DNA of 64,000 nucleotides from positions 128,001 to 192,000 of the forward strand of contig CAWFGE010000006.1 of the NCBI GenBank assembly GCA_963815195.1. The letters are read 5' to 3'. Shown piece after piece: positions 21,973 through 33,373 of the stretch. A program made the position numbers and the translations under genes. Source of the stretch: an uncultured Planctomycetaceae bacterium. Its GTDB lineage: Bacteria > Planctomycetota > Planctomycetia > Planctomycetales > Planctomycetaceae. The notes under the pieces were generated by a model. It had not been told where the DNA came from, ran no database searches, and saw only the letters and a list, made by a program, of their open reading frames with translations. Every line of letters begins with the position of its first letter. The first letter of the stretch is position 1.

Positions 21973-22201
21973 AAGGCGGTTTACAACAGATTGAAGAGGA
22001 CGGTTTTCATGTCCTCCGAAATATCGAATATCGGAAGCTGCCCCAGATTGTAAGCGATGGGTTCCCCGTCTGAGAAGTTGCCTTGGAAATGGCGCGAATG
22101 TCGAACTCTCAAAATACAATTCGCCCGAAGCGCAAGCGAGGGAATCCGTGACTCCCTCGCCTGCGATTCGGGCTAGTGAAAACTACCCCGTTTTTAAGGC
22201 G

Positions 22202-23161
22202 TCATTTGCGGGCGGTTGCGGTTTTGGGGCGGGTGAGCGGCTGGATGATTTCCTCCAGCGAAATGTCGTCCTCGGCGTTTCGTTTGGCCAACTCGCGTTT
22301 GCGGACGTCCACGAAAACGCGCACCGTCAACTGGATCAATTCCCGCGGGCGCTCCGGGGGCACGCCTTCCATTTTGCGGGCGATGTGCTCGACCCAGCCC
22401 GGCTGATGGGCCATCGCCGTGGACATCAAATGCACGAACAGGCACACCTCGCGGAGATTGCGGTCGATAATCAGATTCGCCAAGGGCGAAACCAGCTTGG
22501 CCGCGGTCTCGACCGCCTGGGACGGAAACGCCACGTACATCCGCAGCCGGTTTCGCGACCAGGTCTGGCCGTCGGGCGATTTCACGAAATCCCATTGCAG
22601 ATGCAACAGCGACCGGGCTTTGATTCCCCCGGGAAGGATCGGGCTTTGCACCGTGCCTTCGCACACGAGCAGCAACTGGTGCGGATCGCGGTGCAGAACT
22701 TCAATCCGGCCCGTCGTGCCTTCGTCGTCCGCGATGGCAAACAAGTCCGGTCCGAGTTCCGTCATCTGGAATTTGGAGATCTTCATCGCCCGCCAAATGC
22801 TGACCGCCACGTCGGGATGGTCGAGAAAAAACCGATGCACCTCCGGGTCCACCTCGAAGGCAAACGCCGGCAGTTCCCGAAACACGCTCAGCGATTCCAG
22901 GATCCCTTCGACCTTCTTCCCCTCGGCAAGCGTCAACTGCGAGAGGGGTAATTCCGAGATGCCCCGCCGCTCGGCGTCCTTTGCGGAACTGCCTTTGCTC
23001 AGGGCGCGAAGTTTGTCTTCGAGCCGAGCGCGTTTGGTCTTGGTCTCGTTCGGCGAATCGGCCGGCAGCCGCCCTGGGGCCAACCCCGCCGCGAGAAAAC
23101 ACAGTCCATAACATATCAACCGAAGCCGCGCGCGGCGTCGATTCTCCCGGCGCTTGAGCAT
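22202..23161 (-). CDS. Exported hypothetical protein
   Basis: Long ORF with host-like codon usage and a signal-like N-terminus. Confidence 0.7.
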   Translation of the reverse strand: MLKRRENRRRARLRLICYGLCFLAAGLAPGRLPADSPNETKTKRARLEDKLRALSKGSSAKDAERRGISELPLSQLTLAEGKKVEGILESLSVFRELPAFAFEVDPEVHRFFLDHPDVAVSIWRAMKISKFQMTELGPDLFAIADDEGTTGRIEVLHRDPHQLLLVCEGTVQSPILPGGIKARSLLHLQWDFVKSPDGQTWSRNRLRMYVAFPSQAVETAAKLVSPLANLIIDRNLREVCLFVHLMSTAMAHQPGWVEHIARKMEGVPPERPRELIQLTVRVFVDVRKRELAKRNAEDDISLEEIIQPLTRPKTATARK

Positions 23162-23548
23162 ACGCCATTCCCCCCTTTGTCGCGAATTGGCAAACTCGCC
23201 TGTGCAAAAGGAAAGATCGGCACAAACCGCCTCTTGACGCCAATCGAAATCTTTCTCCAACCCGCCGGCCCTCCGCGCGCGATCCATCGGTTTTTTGGAA
23301 TTCCGGAACGGTAACCATCGGTTGTTTCGCTGTCACGTTATTTCCCGCATGATGCGAGATCGGCCGGTTCCGGCTGATGTTCTTTATCGCTTTGCGCAAA
23401 GAAATCACCTCATCCTTTGCGCCTCAGCGCCTCGGCGTGAGGTTTTTCTGATTTCTGCAAAAAAACGGCGTGACATCGAACATGTCACCCCGCCCTGGAA
23501 TCTTAGAAGCGGTTTTCGTTCTGAGTTTTGAAAAAGGCGGTGCAACTC

Positions 23549-24574
23549 ATGCAATCCCCATTCTCCGATGTCACCGCGGGCGGTCCGATCGTCGATTGCC
23601 ATACGCATATTTTCTGCTGGGGCGAGAATCCCGAGGAAGGGTTCCTCTCCGAAAAGACCCGGCGGGCGTGGCTCACCCGGCTGGTACTTTGGCTGACAAA
23701 AATCCACCGCGAAGACGGCGAAACCCTCAGCGAAAAAATCCGCGCACGGCTGCTCAGGCAGGTGGCGGAATCCCGCCTGGATTTCGCGGTGGTCCTCGCT
23801 CAAGATGCGGTCTATCGCGAAGACGGCTCGCGAAACGATGCCGCCACCCACTTTTATGTCTCCAACGATTACGTCCTGGACCTGGCCAAGGAATCCCCAA
23901 AGATTCTGCCGGGCTGCTCGATCAACCCCAAACGGCGGGATGCGCTCCGGGAGTTGCAGCGCTGCCGGGACGCCGGCTGCCGATTGATCAAAGTTCACAC
24001 CGCGATCCAAGGCGTCGATCCGGCCCTTCCCGAGTTCGAACCGTTTTACCGGCTGGCCGAGGAGTTGGGCGTGGTGTTGATGTTTCACACAGGCTACGAG
24101 CATTCCTGCACCGTGGTCTCGCAGGAGTTCACCGATCCCAGCCGATTAGAGCGGCCGCTCGCTTGCGGGTGCACCGTGATTGCCGCCCATTGCGGCACCT
24201 GCGCGATCTTTGACCGGGAGGATTATTACCCGCGGTTTGTGGAGATGATGCATCGGCACGAAAACCTCTTCGGCGACACCGCCGTGCTCGCGGGGCTTGT
24301 CCGCTGGAGCGCGCTCAAAAAACTTTCGCGCGAGCCGGACATTCTCCGGCAGCGGATCCTGCACGGCAGCGATTATCCGTTGCCTCCTGCGCGATTGCCT
24401 TATCTCATGCGGACCGGTCTCTTCCCCGCGGAGCGACACAACCCGCTCGATCTCGACTGGCGGATCAAATGCTCATTCGCCCTGGGACGATCCTATGGAA
24501 ACCGCATCTTAGATTTGTTGGGAATCGACCAACACGCGGCGGTTTCCCATTCGCACGCGGAGGCATCCACCTGA
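23549..24574 (+). CDS. Amidohydrolase family (amidohydro_2)
   Basis: DCHTH, FHTGYEH, IAAHCG, HGSDYP. Confidence 0.9.
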   Translation: MQSPFSDVTAGGPIVDCHTHIFCWGENPEEGFLSEKTRRAWLTRLVLWLTKIHREDGETLSEKIRARLLRQVAESRLDFAVVLAQDAVYREDGSRNDAATHFYVSNDYVLDLAKESPKILPGCSINPKRRDALRELQRCRDAGCRLIKVHTAIQGVDPALPEFEPFYRLAEELGVVLMFHTGYEHSCTVVSQEFTDPSRLERPLACGCTVIAAHCGTCAIFDREDYYPRFVEMMHRHENLFGDTAVLAGLVRWSALKKLSREPDILRQRILHGSDYPLPPARLPYLMRTGLFPAERHNPLDLDWRIKCSFALGRSYGNRILDLLGIDQHAAVSHSHAEAST

Positions 24575-24600
24575 CGGCGGCAAGATACCGCCGCTGCGTT

Positions 24601-25656
24601 TTATGCCAGCGTGTAAGTTTCAAAGGGATGATCGCAAGGCGTGCCGCGGGTGATGTGCATTTGCCGGCGGCCCGGTTCGATGACGAGCGCGAACACGGTC
24701 TCCCAAAATCCATTGGCCGGTTCATCGTTCGCATGCCGGCAGATGGATGTCGGATAGTTGTCGTGGTCCCGCAGCAATTGTTTGAGTTCCTCGATCGATC
24801 CTTCGGTCGTGGCCAGCAGGTTGTCGATCCGGCGTTTGCGGGCGTGGGATTGGATCAGTTCGGGAAACTCCTCGTTGATGGGCACCAAATCGGGATGCAC
24901 GCAGTGGTTCGTATGCGCGATCCAAGAAGAATCGTCCGGCCGGAGAACGCGGACATCATCGATGGTGACTTCCAGGTCGGCCGGGCCGTCGGGAGTGGCG
25001 AGCATGATATTGGCGGGAATCGCGCGATACGCCCGCCGCACAGATTCGACAGCCTCTTCCAATGAATCGGCCTCGAAGAGTTCCCGCAACGTGAAATAAT
25101 GCGGCACCCCCACCGGCCGGCTGGGAGCGGGCAGCGTGTTGACGCAGGCCCCGATGCCGGTTTCGCTCAGGCCCATGTACGAAATCAGCCCAGCCTGCGT
25201 GCAGCACATCGTCGCCGGCTTGCCCTCGGGCCGGCGGGTGAGAACGACCGTAAACGCATCGAGAACCGGGTCGTTGTCCCACGTCTGGGCGACGACGGCT
25301 CCGGTGCGGGTCCGCGGTTCGATCGCCAGCGAAGTGCAGCCGCCTGCCTGTTCCGGGGTGAATTGATTGCGGACCTGAAGCAGCATCAAATCGTCCAAGG
25401 TCACGCCCGCCGCTTCCGCCGTCCCGCGAAGCTCTTCCACGAGATCGGGCCGATAGTCTTCCGCATACTTTTGGCTCTGCCGGGCGATCTGGAGGGCCCG
25501 CTCGCGGGAAATGGGCACGGTCTTGTTGACCCGCGCGAGCGCAACCTCGCAAAAGCCCCGGACTTCCTCGCGGGCGGCCTCACCGATCTGCCGCCCCAAC
25601 TCCCGCGGCGGTCCGCTCACGGCCATCTCGCGATACCGCGTGGGTGTGTCGCTCAT
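24601..25656 (-). CDS. C45-family Ntn hydrolase / acyltransferase
   Basis: GGCTS autoprocessing site, AQTWD, AHTNH. Confidence 0.9.
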   Translation of the reverse strand: MSDTPTRYREMAVSGPPRELGRQIGEAAREEVRGFCEVALARVNKTVPISRERALQIARQSQKYAEDYRPDLVEELRGTAEAAGVTLDDLMLLQVRNQFTPEQAGGCTSLAIEPRTRTGAVVAQTWDNDPVLDAFTVVLTRRPEGKPATMCCTQAGLISYMGLSETGIGACVNTLPAPSRPVGVPHYFTLRELFEADSLEEAVESVRRAYRAIPANIMLATPDGPADLEVTIDDVRVLRPDDSSWIAHTNHCVHPDLVPINEEFPELIQSHARKRRIDNLLATTEGSIEELKQLLRDHDNYPTSICRHANDEPANGFWETVFALVIEPGRRQMHITRGTPCDHPFETYTLA

Positions 25657-25971
25657 AACGCTCACTCATGCTGTTGGGAGAATTCGTCAAACCTAAAACC
25701 CGCATCAAAACTCTACCCGGATTTGAAACCGCCGACAACGTCCGCGTTTCTTTTGCGATACATAGGATGTGTAACTCAGTAGTTCCAAATTATGGAAAAA
25801 GGACCGAAGGTCCGGTCCTAAATTCTTTTGGTACGGGCGTCTCGTCTGCTCATGCAGCCGGGACGGTTCGCCACATTCACACGAAATTTGGAGCGACTGA
25901 AATTGCAATCGTTCCTTGGATCGTTCACAGTTGAGGCGGGTGAACGAGCTTTGTCTCCGGCGAATCAGGCG

Positions 25972-26922
25972 ATGCACGACGGCGATTTTCTTCAGGCGAT
26001 TGAAGCGGACCCGCAGAGCCAGGCGGTTCGCCTGGTGTACGCCGACTGGCTGGATGAGCAGGGCGATCTGCGCGGGGAGCTTTTGCGGATTCAAGAAGAA
26101 CTTCGGCAGATTGAGGTTCGCGATCGGCCGCGCAAAGAAGCCCGCATGCACGAGTTGCTTGCGGATGGGAATGAGCCGCTGATGGTCGTTCGCGAATGGT
26201 TTCCCGGTATGGAAATGATCCTCGTTTTTCCGGGCGAGTTTCTGATGGGCAGCCCGCCGGCGGAAGAACGAAACCCGAATGAAAACCAGGTCGCCGCCCG
26301 GCTTAGCGAACCGTTTTATCTCAGCCGCCGTACCGTGACGCAAGGGCAATGGGCCTCGGTGATGAAGAGCAAACCCTGGAAGGGCCGGGATTGTATCAAG
26401 GACGATAAAGATCACCCCGCGGCGTATTTGAGTTGGAACGATGCGACGGCATTCTGCGAGGCACTCAGTTATCAAACCGAAACCCTGCCGGAGAACTGGA
26501 TGTTCGCTTTGCCCACGGAGGCCCAATGGGAATACGCCTGCCGGGCCGGGACGACGACTCGGTATTGCTTTGGGAAGGACGAGGGACAATTGCCGGATTA
26601 CGCCTGGTTCGACCGCAACGCCGCGCATGCGGGAAAGATGTACGCCCCGCGCTCGGGGCAACTCAAACCCAATCCGTGGGGCCTTTTCGACATACACGGC
26701 GGACTTTGGGAATGGTGCCGGGACTTCTATCAAAACACCCTGCCGGGCGGCAGCGATCCCTTGGTCACGCAAGCATCCGCCCATCGCGTGCGCCGCGGCG
26801 GGTGCTGGCTCAACCCTGACGTGGACTGCCGATCTGCCGTCCGCGGGTTTTCCTCGGCCGAAAGCCGCGTCAATTGGCTCGGCTTCCGCGTGGCTGTGGT
26901 CCCGAGAATCACCACTTCGTAA
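25972..26922 (+). CDS. TIGR02996-domain plus FGE-sulfatase (SUMF1) domain protein
   Basis: RLVYADWLDEQGDLRGELLRIQ; LPTEAQWEYACRAG; PNPWGLFDIHG; RGGCW...GFRV. Confidence 0.9.
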   Translation: MHDGDFLQAIEADPQSQAVRLVYADWLDEQGDLRGELLRIQEELRQIEVRDRPRKEARMHELLADGNEPLMVVREWFPGMEMILVFPGEFLMGSPPAEERNPNENQVAARLSEPFYLSRRTVTQGQWASVMKSKPWKGRDCIKDDKDHPAAYLSWNDATAFCEALSYQTETLPENWMFALPTEAQWEYACRAGTTTRYCFGKDEGQLPDYAWFDRNAAHAGKMYAPRSGQLKPNPWGLFDIHGGLWEWCRDFYQNTLPGGSDPLVTQASAHRVRRGGCWLNPDVDCRSAVRGFSSAESRVNWLGFRVAVVPRITTS

Positions 26923-26968
26923 AGACAGGAACCACGAAACACACGATTGACAATCAGACGAGGATTCA

Positions 26969-27748
26969 ATGCTTGCTATCCCAAAAAACCTGGAACGTCG
27001 GTTTCGCGATTTGGTCGATAAATACGATCATAAATACGATCTTACCGATCACTTCCGTGAATTGCGGCGTTCTGTTCGTTCGGGCTTCGCGATTCATCGG
27101 GGAAAGCGGTCGAAGATACCGGGGACATCGCGATTTGGCGGCATACCCGATGTCCCCGATGTCCCCGATGGTTTTCGGTGGCCACGAAGTCCACTCGGAG
27201 CCTTACATTTTGTTGCACAGATCAAACTCAGCGAACTGCCGAAGTTCGTCGATTCGTTACCACGAAGTGGTTACTTGCTCTTCTTCGCTGGCGGCGAGGG
27301 TTGCCCTTGCGCGGTGTTCTGGTTTGCAAATTCCCCCAAAGCGATGAAGCCAGCCACTCCACCTGATCTCGATGATTTTACGCCCGGCATCGCTCATACG
27401 CCAATTTTCACTGCAACGCCTATCCGGTTTGTTCCAGCCATCTATATTCCGCCAGTCGATCCTTTACGCTGCGACGATGACGACTTCTTTGACCGTCATT
27501 ATGAATTGATAGGCCAATTGGAGGACTCCGACAGCCGCTTGCTGGGATACTCCTATTACGATCCAGGCGACCACGGATTGCCGGGCGGTTTCAAAAAATG
27601 GGATCCGCTTCTTCAAGTTGATTCGTCTTATCCATGCTCCGATATGCTTTGGAATGACAACGGGAAATTGGCTTTTTTCGTTCGCCGTGGTTGCGTTAAG
27701 AGATCCGCGTTCGGACGACCTGCTTCACTGATTCTCGGAGCCGGCTAG
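26969..27748 (+). CDS. DUF1963 / YwqG-like protein
   Basis: SRFGGIPDVP...WP...LHFVAQIKLSEL...LPRSGYLLFF; LLQVDS...MLWND.GKLAFF. Confidence 0.8.
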   Translation: MLAIPKNLERRFRDLVDKYDHKYDLTDHFRELRRSVRSGFAIHRGKRSKIPGTSRFGGIPDVPDVPDGFRWPRSPLGALHFVAQIKLSELPKFVDSLPRSGYLLFFAGGEGCPCAVFWFANSPKAMKPATPPDLDDFTPGIAHTPIFTATPIRFVPAIYIPPVDPLRCDDDDFFDRHYELIGQLEDSDSRLLGYSYYDPGDHGLPGGFKKWDPLLQVDSSYPCSDMLWNDNGKLAFFVRRGCVKRSAFGRPASLILGAG

Positions 27749-27860
27749 ACTCGCGATCCCCAAAAAATTCGCGGGATTCGTGTCATTCGTGGTTCCCATC
27801 TTTTACATTCTGAGTTCCCATACTTTTTCTCGATCCGTTTGAATCGTTTTGAGTTACCTA

Positions 27861-29081
27861 ATGAATCCTTCCGAACATCCCGCGACTTCCGAGGAACTGG
27901 CGGCGTTTCTTCAGGAGAACGCGGCGGGCGAGCGGCGGGCGATTGTTCCCGTCGGCGGCGGGACTTGGCTGGATTTTGGGTATCCCGCCAGGCCGGGCGT
28001 GGAACTTCATACCGGCGGGCTTTCGCGGGTTTTGGATTATCCCGCCCGCGATATGACGATCACCGTGGAAGCCGGACTGCCTGTCCAACAGCTTCAGGAA
28101 ACTCTAAGAAAAGAACGCCAACAGGTGCCGGTGGATTTTCCCGAAGTCGATCGAGCGACCGTCGGCGGGGTGATTGCGGCGAATGTCTTCGGCCCCCGGC
28201 GGTTTGGCTCCGGAACGCTGAGGGATTATGTGATCGGGATCACCGCCGTCGATGCGGGCGGGCGGGTGTTTCACGCGGGCGGGCGGGTCGTCAAAAACGT
28301 GGCGGGGTACGATCTCTGCAAACTGATGGTCGGCTCCTGGGGCACGCTGGCGGTGCTGACGGAAGTCACCCTCAAAGTCACCCCCATTCCCGAAACCCAC
28401 GCCTGGATCTGGTCGTGTTGGAAGAGTCTGGATCAGATCGATACCGCGGCCGCCCGGCTGCTCACCTCCGAAACTCGCCCGGTGGCCATGGAAGTGCTCA
28501 ACCTAACCGCCGCGGCTCGCATTGTCGAACCTCTCGGTCAAACATGGCCCGCCGAGCCGTTCGTGCTTGCGGTGCTGGTCGCGGGCTCGGCTGCGGACAC
28601 CGAATGGCAAACGCAAAAGCTGAAAGAAGAACTCGCCCCGCATCAGCCGAGCACTGTCGATGTTGCGACCGGTTCGGAAGCGGAGAATTTGCTCAATTCG
28701 CTCACAAGCTTTGGCGTCACCGAAAGCCGATTTTCCATTCGCGCCCATTTGCTGCCTTCGCGGACGATGGAGTTTATCGACCGGGCGAGCCAAGCGGGAT
28801 TTCTCGTGCAAGCGCACGCTGGGAACGGCATCGTCATCGCCCAGGCTCCCGAAGATCTGACCTCAGTTGAAGACGCCTCGGGGAAAATCGCTGCGCTGCG
28901 CGAACTGGCCGAATCGCAAATGGGCAGTTTGATTCTCACCCGCTGCCCCGCGGAGTGGAAAACTGAAATCCACGTGTTCGGCAGCGGGCAATCCGCCTGG
29001 CCTTTGATGAAAAAACTGAAAACCTCCCTCGATCCCCACAACCTGCTCAGCCCGCATCGCTTGTTTGAGCCCGAGGGATAA
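27861..29081 (+). CDS. glcE: Glycolate oxidase-type FAD-binding subunit
   Basis: ATVGGVIAAN..GPRR, GGRVVKNVAGYDLCKL..GSWGTL, LKTSLDPHNLL. Confidence 0.85.
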   Translation: MNPSEHPATSEELAAFLQENAAGERRAIVPVGGGTWLDFGYPARPGVELHTGGLSRVLDYPARDMTITVEAGLPVQQLQETLRKERQQVPVDFPEVDRATVGGVIAANVFGPRRFGSGTLRDYVIGITAVDAGGRVFHAGGRVVKNVAGYDLCKLMVGSWGTLAVLTEVTLKVTPIPETHAWIWSCWKSLDQIDTAAARLLTSETRPVAMEVLNLTAAARIVEPLGQTWPAEPFVLAVLVAGSAADTEWQTQKLKEELAPHQPSTVDVATGSEAENLLNSLTSFGVTESRFSIRAHLLPSRTMEFIDRASQAGFLVQAHAGNGIVIAQAPEDLTSVEDASGKIAALRELAESQMGSLILTRCPAEWKTEIHVFGSGQSAWPLMKKLKTSLDPHNLLSPHRLFEPEG

Positions 29082-29136
29082 CCGACAATGGTCTGTTGAG
29101 ACACGTCATCCACCGCCTAATTCCACCGTTGAAAAC

Positions 29137-30515
29137 ATGAATCAAACCGCCGCTGGTTCTTCTATAAAACCCTCCGCTGCAGAGAACGAAGCCGACGTGC
29201 TGCCGCTCGGGCATTCGATCGACTACGACCGGTTTCTGGACTGCGTGCATTGCGGGTTGTGCACCTCGGCTTGCCCGACGTATCTTGAAACGGGCAACGA
29301 GAACGACAGCCCGCGCGGGCGGATTTATTTGATGCGGGCCGTCACCGACGGCCGGCTGGAGTTGACGGAGAAAGTCGAAAGGCATCTGGAACTCTGCCTC
29401 GACTGCCGAAGCTGCGAAACCGCCTGTCCCTCCGGCGTGCAGTATGGGCGGCTGATCGAACCCTTCCGCGTGGAACTCCAGCAGGCCCACGCCGCGAGTG
29501 GAAAACCCGCGATGGGCGGCCTTGAGAAGTTGATTCTCTATCACCTGTTTCCCTATCCGGGCCGATTGCGCGTCGCATTGGGATTGGCCCGTTGGATGCA
29601 GATTTTGAAATTGGATCGGCTCGCGGAATCGTTGGGACTCATGAAAATCCTGCCGGAAATGCCCCGGCGGATGCAGCGTCTGTTGCCGCGATTGCCAAAA
29701 CGCCCGCCCAGGTTGCCGGAGGTCCTGCCCGCGAAAGGGCCGAAGCGGCGCGGGTGGGGTTGTTTACGGGCTGCGTGGCCGACGCGATGTTCGCGGAGAC
29801 CAATGCCGCGACCGCGCGGGTGCTTCAGGAGAACGGCTGCGAAGTGGTGGTGCCGCGAAATCAAAACTGCTGCGGGGCGATTCACTATCACAGCGGAGCC
29901 GCCGACCCGGCGATTCGGTTCGCCGCCGACAACGCCCGCGCGTTTCCGCAGGATGTGGAGGCGGTGATCGTGAACGTCGCCGGCTGCGGCTCGATGCTCA
30001 AAGATTACGGGCACGTGGCCGAGGAGTTGGATTGCGACCGCATTATGCAGGACAAGCTTTCCGCGTTCGCGGGGCGGGTTCGCGATGTCACGGAGTTCCT
30101 CGCGGAACTCGGGCCGATCCCGCCCAAGGGGGAAATCCCCCTCAAGGCGACCTATCACGATGCCTGCCACCTCGCGCACGCCCAAAAAATCCAGGACCCG
30201 CCGCGGATGCTCCTGGGGTTGATTCCGGGTTTAGAGCTCGTGCCGTTGTCCGAGTCGACAATCTGCTGCGGAGCCGCGGGCAGCTATAACCTGACGGAAC
30301 CGGAAATGGCGGATCAACTCGCCGAGCGCAAGCTCAAACACATTCTCCAAACCGGCGCGGAGGCGGTCATTATGGCGAACGCGGGGTGTGCCTTGCAGAT
30401 TGGGGCGGCGCTCCGGGAAGCGGGCCATGACCTGTGGGTCGCGCATCCCATGGATCTATTGGACCTCAGCTATCGCCGGCAAATGCGGCCCTCCGGTCCG
30501 AAACAGGGAAGCTGA
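29137..30515 (+). CDS. glcF: Glycolate oxidase-type Fe-S subunit; frameshift near 29748
   Basis: CVHCGLCTSACP, CLDCRSCETACP, two CCG domains. Confidence 0.85.
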
Positions 30516-30881
30516 TTACCCCAACTCTTCCAGATACTTGAGCGCCTTGCGGGCCTGGTCGATGCCGCCCAATTCGTCAACCAGTTTTTTTGCTTCCACC
30601 AGATTCTCGGCGGTCAGGCGATTGGAAGTTGACGAGCGTGGAGCCGACGCCTTTGCGGCCGGTTTCCTGCCGCGCCGCTTCTTGACCGGTGCCGATGCCG
30701 CCGGTTGTCCGCCGGATTCATTCATTCGCCGTTTGACTTGATGGATCAAATTCGCCGTTACATCGATCCCGCGGGCGGCAAGATCGGGAATGATGACAGA
30801 CGGCTTGGCGTCCGGATAGTCGGCCAGGTAATCACGAACAGCTTGGCTGCGGTTGACGCCTTGGGCTTTCTTTTTGGCCAT
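30516..30881 (-). CDS. Small basic hypothetical protein, possibly DNA-binding
   Basis: K/R-rich linker (KKRRGRKPAAK) between two helical domains. Confidence 0.75.
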   Translation of the reverse strand: MAKKKAQGVNRSQAVRDYLADYPDAKPSVIIPDLAARGIDVTANLIHQVKRRMNESGGQPAASAPVKKRRGRKPAAKASAPRSSTSNRLTAENLVEAKKLVDELGGIDQARKALKYLEELG

Positions 30882-31016
30882 AATCGGGGTCCGCCAGGGG
30901 TGAATTTCGGTGTGTCAGTTTTTGACATGTTAGCAATTTCAGATGACACAAGGAACTATACAGGGATGTCCGGAGCGTCGGGCTGTCGATTTGCATAAAC
31001 TTTAAGGAGCGTTCCC

Positions 31017-32003
31017 ATGCATCACGGAGACGTGTCCGCCGACATCGCCAAGGGGCTGTTGTCACTGAAGAAGCGAATTGCAGCCGCTGACATTCCGCCT
31101 TCAAAACTCGATGAGACGATCAATGTCGCCGTTTGGAACATTCGCGAGTTCGGCAAAAAGCGGCGGACCAAGGCCGCCCTGCATTACATTGCGGAAATCC
31201 TCGGGCAGTTCGATCTGATCGCGCTGGTCGAACTCCGCGACAACCTGTCGGATTTGGGCTGCGTGCTTCCGTTTCTCGGGCCGAGCTGGGACGTGGTGTA
31301 TTCCGATTGGATGGACGATCCCGGCGCGAACCACGAGCGGATCGGGTTCCTGTATGATCGGCGGGCGGTGATCTTCAACGGATTGGCGGCGGAAATCGAC
31401 GCGCCGCGGAAGAAGTCGGCCACGGAGTATCTGGCGAACCAGTCCTTCTGGCGCGCCCCTTACATGTGCTCGTTCCGGGCCGGGAACTTCGATTTCATCG
31501 CCGTCGCAACGCATGCCCGCTGGGGAAACGAGATCGAAGGCCGGGAAGCCGAACTCCAGATGCTGGCCGACTGGATCGACACCCGCTTCAAACACAAATA
31601 CGTCGAAGACCACGACCTGATTGTTATGGGCGACTTCAACGTCCCAAAACTCGACGACGACCTCTTCAAAGCGCTCACCAGCCGGGGCCTGCAGATTCCG
31701 GACTCGCTCCGCGAACTCAAGGCCGGCGAACAGATCGTAAAGGGGACCAACCTCGGCAAATCCGCGCGTTACGACCAGATCCTGCACTTGCCGACGATGA
31801 AGAAGCGCTTCAGCAACCGCGGCGGCACGTTGGATTTTTTTGGCAGCGACGCGCAGATTAAAACGCTGTTTCCGGGAAAGAACTACACGCGAACCCAATT
31901 CAGCTTCCAGCTCTCCGACCACCTGCCCCTGTGGGTGCAAATCAACACGGACATCGACGGCGACCGGCTGGAGCAGATCGTTCAGGACAACAAGAAAGAC
32001 TGA
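31017..32003 (+). CDS. Endonuclease/exonuclease/phosphatase (DNase I-like) protein
   Basis: WNIREF, DLIALVE, MGDFN, YDQI, SDHLP. Confidence 0.9.
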   Translation: MHHGDVSADIAKGLLSLKKRIAAADIPPSKLDETINVAVWNIREFGKKRRTKAALHYIAEILGQFDLIALVELRDNLSDLGCVLPFLGPSWDVVYSDWMDDPGANHERIGFLYDRRAVIFNGLAAEIDAPRKKSATEYLANQSFWRAPYMCSFRAGNFDFIAVATHARWGNEIEGREAELQMLADWIDTRFKHKYVEDHDLIVMGDFNVPKLDDDLFKALTSRGLQIPDSLRELKAGEQIVKGTNLGKSARYDQILHLPTMKKRFSNRGGTLDFFGSDAQIKTLFPGKNYTRTQFSFQLSDHLPLWVQINTDIDGDRLEQIVQDNKKD

Positions 32004-32032
32004 CCCGTTCCCGTCGCCTCGCAATCCGGGGA

Positions 32033-33307
32033 CTACCCCCGGCGGGTTTTTCTGGCGTGTTCTTCCAGCGGGACCGGGATTTTGTTGAGGAGCATGGTGA
32101 TCACATCGTCGGCGGTCACGCTTTCGCTGTCCGCTTGGAAGTTCGTCACGATGCGATGCCTGAGCACGGGATGGGCGACGGCGGCGATGTCTTTGCTGCT
32201 GACGTGAAACCGGCCTTCCAGAATCGCCCGGGCTTTCGCTCCTAGAATCAAATACTGCCCGGCCCGCGGACCCGCGCCCCAGGAGATGTATTCCCGCACG
32301 AACCGCGGCGACTCGGACTCGCCCGGCCGCGTGGCCCGCACCAGATCGCGGGCATAAATGAAGACATGCTCGGCCACCGGCACCCGGCGGACGACTTCCT
32401 GAAGCGCCAAAATCTGGCTGCCGGTGAGGGCGGTCTTCAGTTCCGGCTCGTGCCCGCCCGTGGTCTGTTTGAGGATTCGCAGTTCCTCCGCCGCCGAGGG
32501 ATACTTGACGACGATGTTGAACATGAACCGGTCGAGTTGGGCTTCGGGCAGCGGATAGGTGCCTTCCTGCTCGATGGGGTTTTGCGTGGCGAGGACGAAA
32601 AACGGCTGCGGCAGCCGATAGGTGTTGGAGCCGACCGTCACGTGCCGTTCCTGCATGGCTTCCAAAAGAGCCGCCTGCGTTTTGGGCGGGGTGCGGTTGA
32701 TTTCATCCGCAAGGAGCATATTGGTAAACAGCGGCCCCTGCATGAACTGAAACGTCCGCCGGCCCGTTTCGGGATCGTCTTGCAAAACATCGGTGCCGGT
32801 GATGTCGGAGGGCATCAGGTCCGGCGTGAATTGAATCCGCCGAAACGAGAGCTGCAGAATCTGGGCGATGGTGCTGACCAACAAGGTTTTCGCCAACCCC
32901 GGCACGCCGACGAGCAGACAATGCCCGCGGCTGAAAAGCGCGATCAACAACTGATCCACAATGTCGTGCTGGCCGATGATGACCTTGCGGATCTCCTGCC
33001 GCATCCGGTTGTACGCGGCGGAGAGTCCGCGGATGGCCTGGGCTTCGCGCTCGCGGGCATCCATCTCCCCCGAGGAAACTGGGGGCAGGTCTTCGATTTC
33101 GTCCTGCCCGGACGCAAACACGGGCGGAGGTTTGACGGCGAAGGGATTCTCCTTGGGGATCTCAGGTTCGTCCGCAGCGTCGGCGGTCGGTGGGGGCGCA
33201 TGCTCCTGAGAATGTCCGGGCCCTTCGTTCAGCGTCTCCTCGATGAAATCGTCGAAGACATCATCGCCGAGGGGTTCGTCCAATTCGTCGCGGGGGTCGT
33301 CGTTCAT
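32033..33307 (-). CDS. MoxR-family AAA+ ATPase with an acidic N-terminal extension
   Basis: [54 protein letters not shown]. Confidence 0.95.
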   Translation of the reverse strand: MNDDPRDELDEPLGDDVFDDFIEETLNEGPGHSQEHAPPPTADAADEPEIPKENPFAVKPPPVFASGQDEIEDLPPVSSGEMDAREREAQAIRGLSAAYNRMRQEIRKVIIGQHDIVDQLLIALFSRGHCLLVGVPGLAKTLLVSTIAQILQLSFRRIQFTPDLMPSDITGTDVLQDDPETGRRTFQFMQGPLFTNMLLADEINRTPPKTQAALLEAMQERHVTVGSNTYRLPQPFFVLATQNPIEQEGTYPLPEAQLDRFMFNIVVKYPSAAEELRILKQTTGGHEPELKTALTGSQILALQEVVRRVPVAEHVFIYARDLVRATRPGESESPRFVREYISWGAGPRAGQYLILGAKARAILEGRFHVSSKDIAAVAHPVLRHRIVTNFQADSESVTADDVITMLLNKIPVPLEEHARKTRRG

Positions 33308-33373
33308 GAGGCCTTGCGGTTTTTACTCTCGGGTTTGTCGAAGAATTTTTCTTAACCGGCATCTCGATCCGTG

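Noticed and set aside
25972..26922. FGE-sulfatase (CLec-fold) protein as a DGR target
   Set aside because: No AAC-rich template repeat matching its 3' end and no RT gene are visible in this window; remote targeting cannot be excluded.
27146..27171. 9-bp tandem repeat (PDVPDVPD) in the DUF1963 gene, and an 8-bp tandem near 2901-2921
   Set aside because: Too short to indicate anything beyond local slippage.
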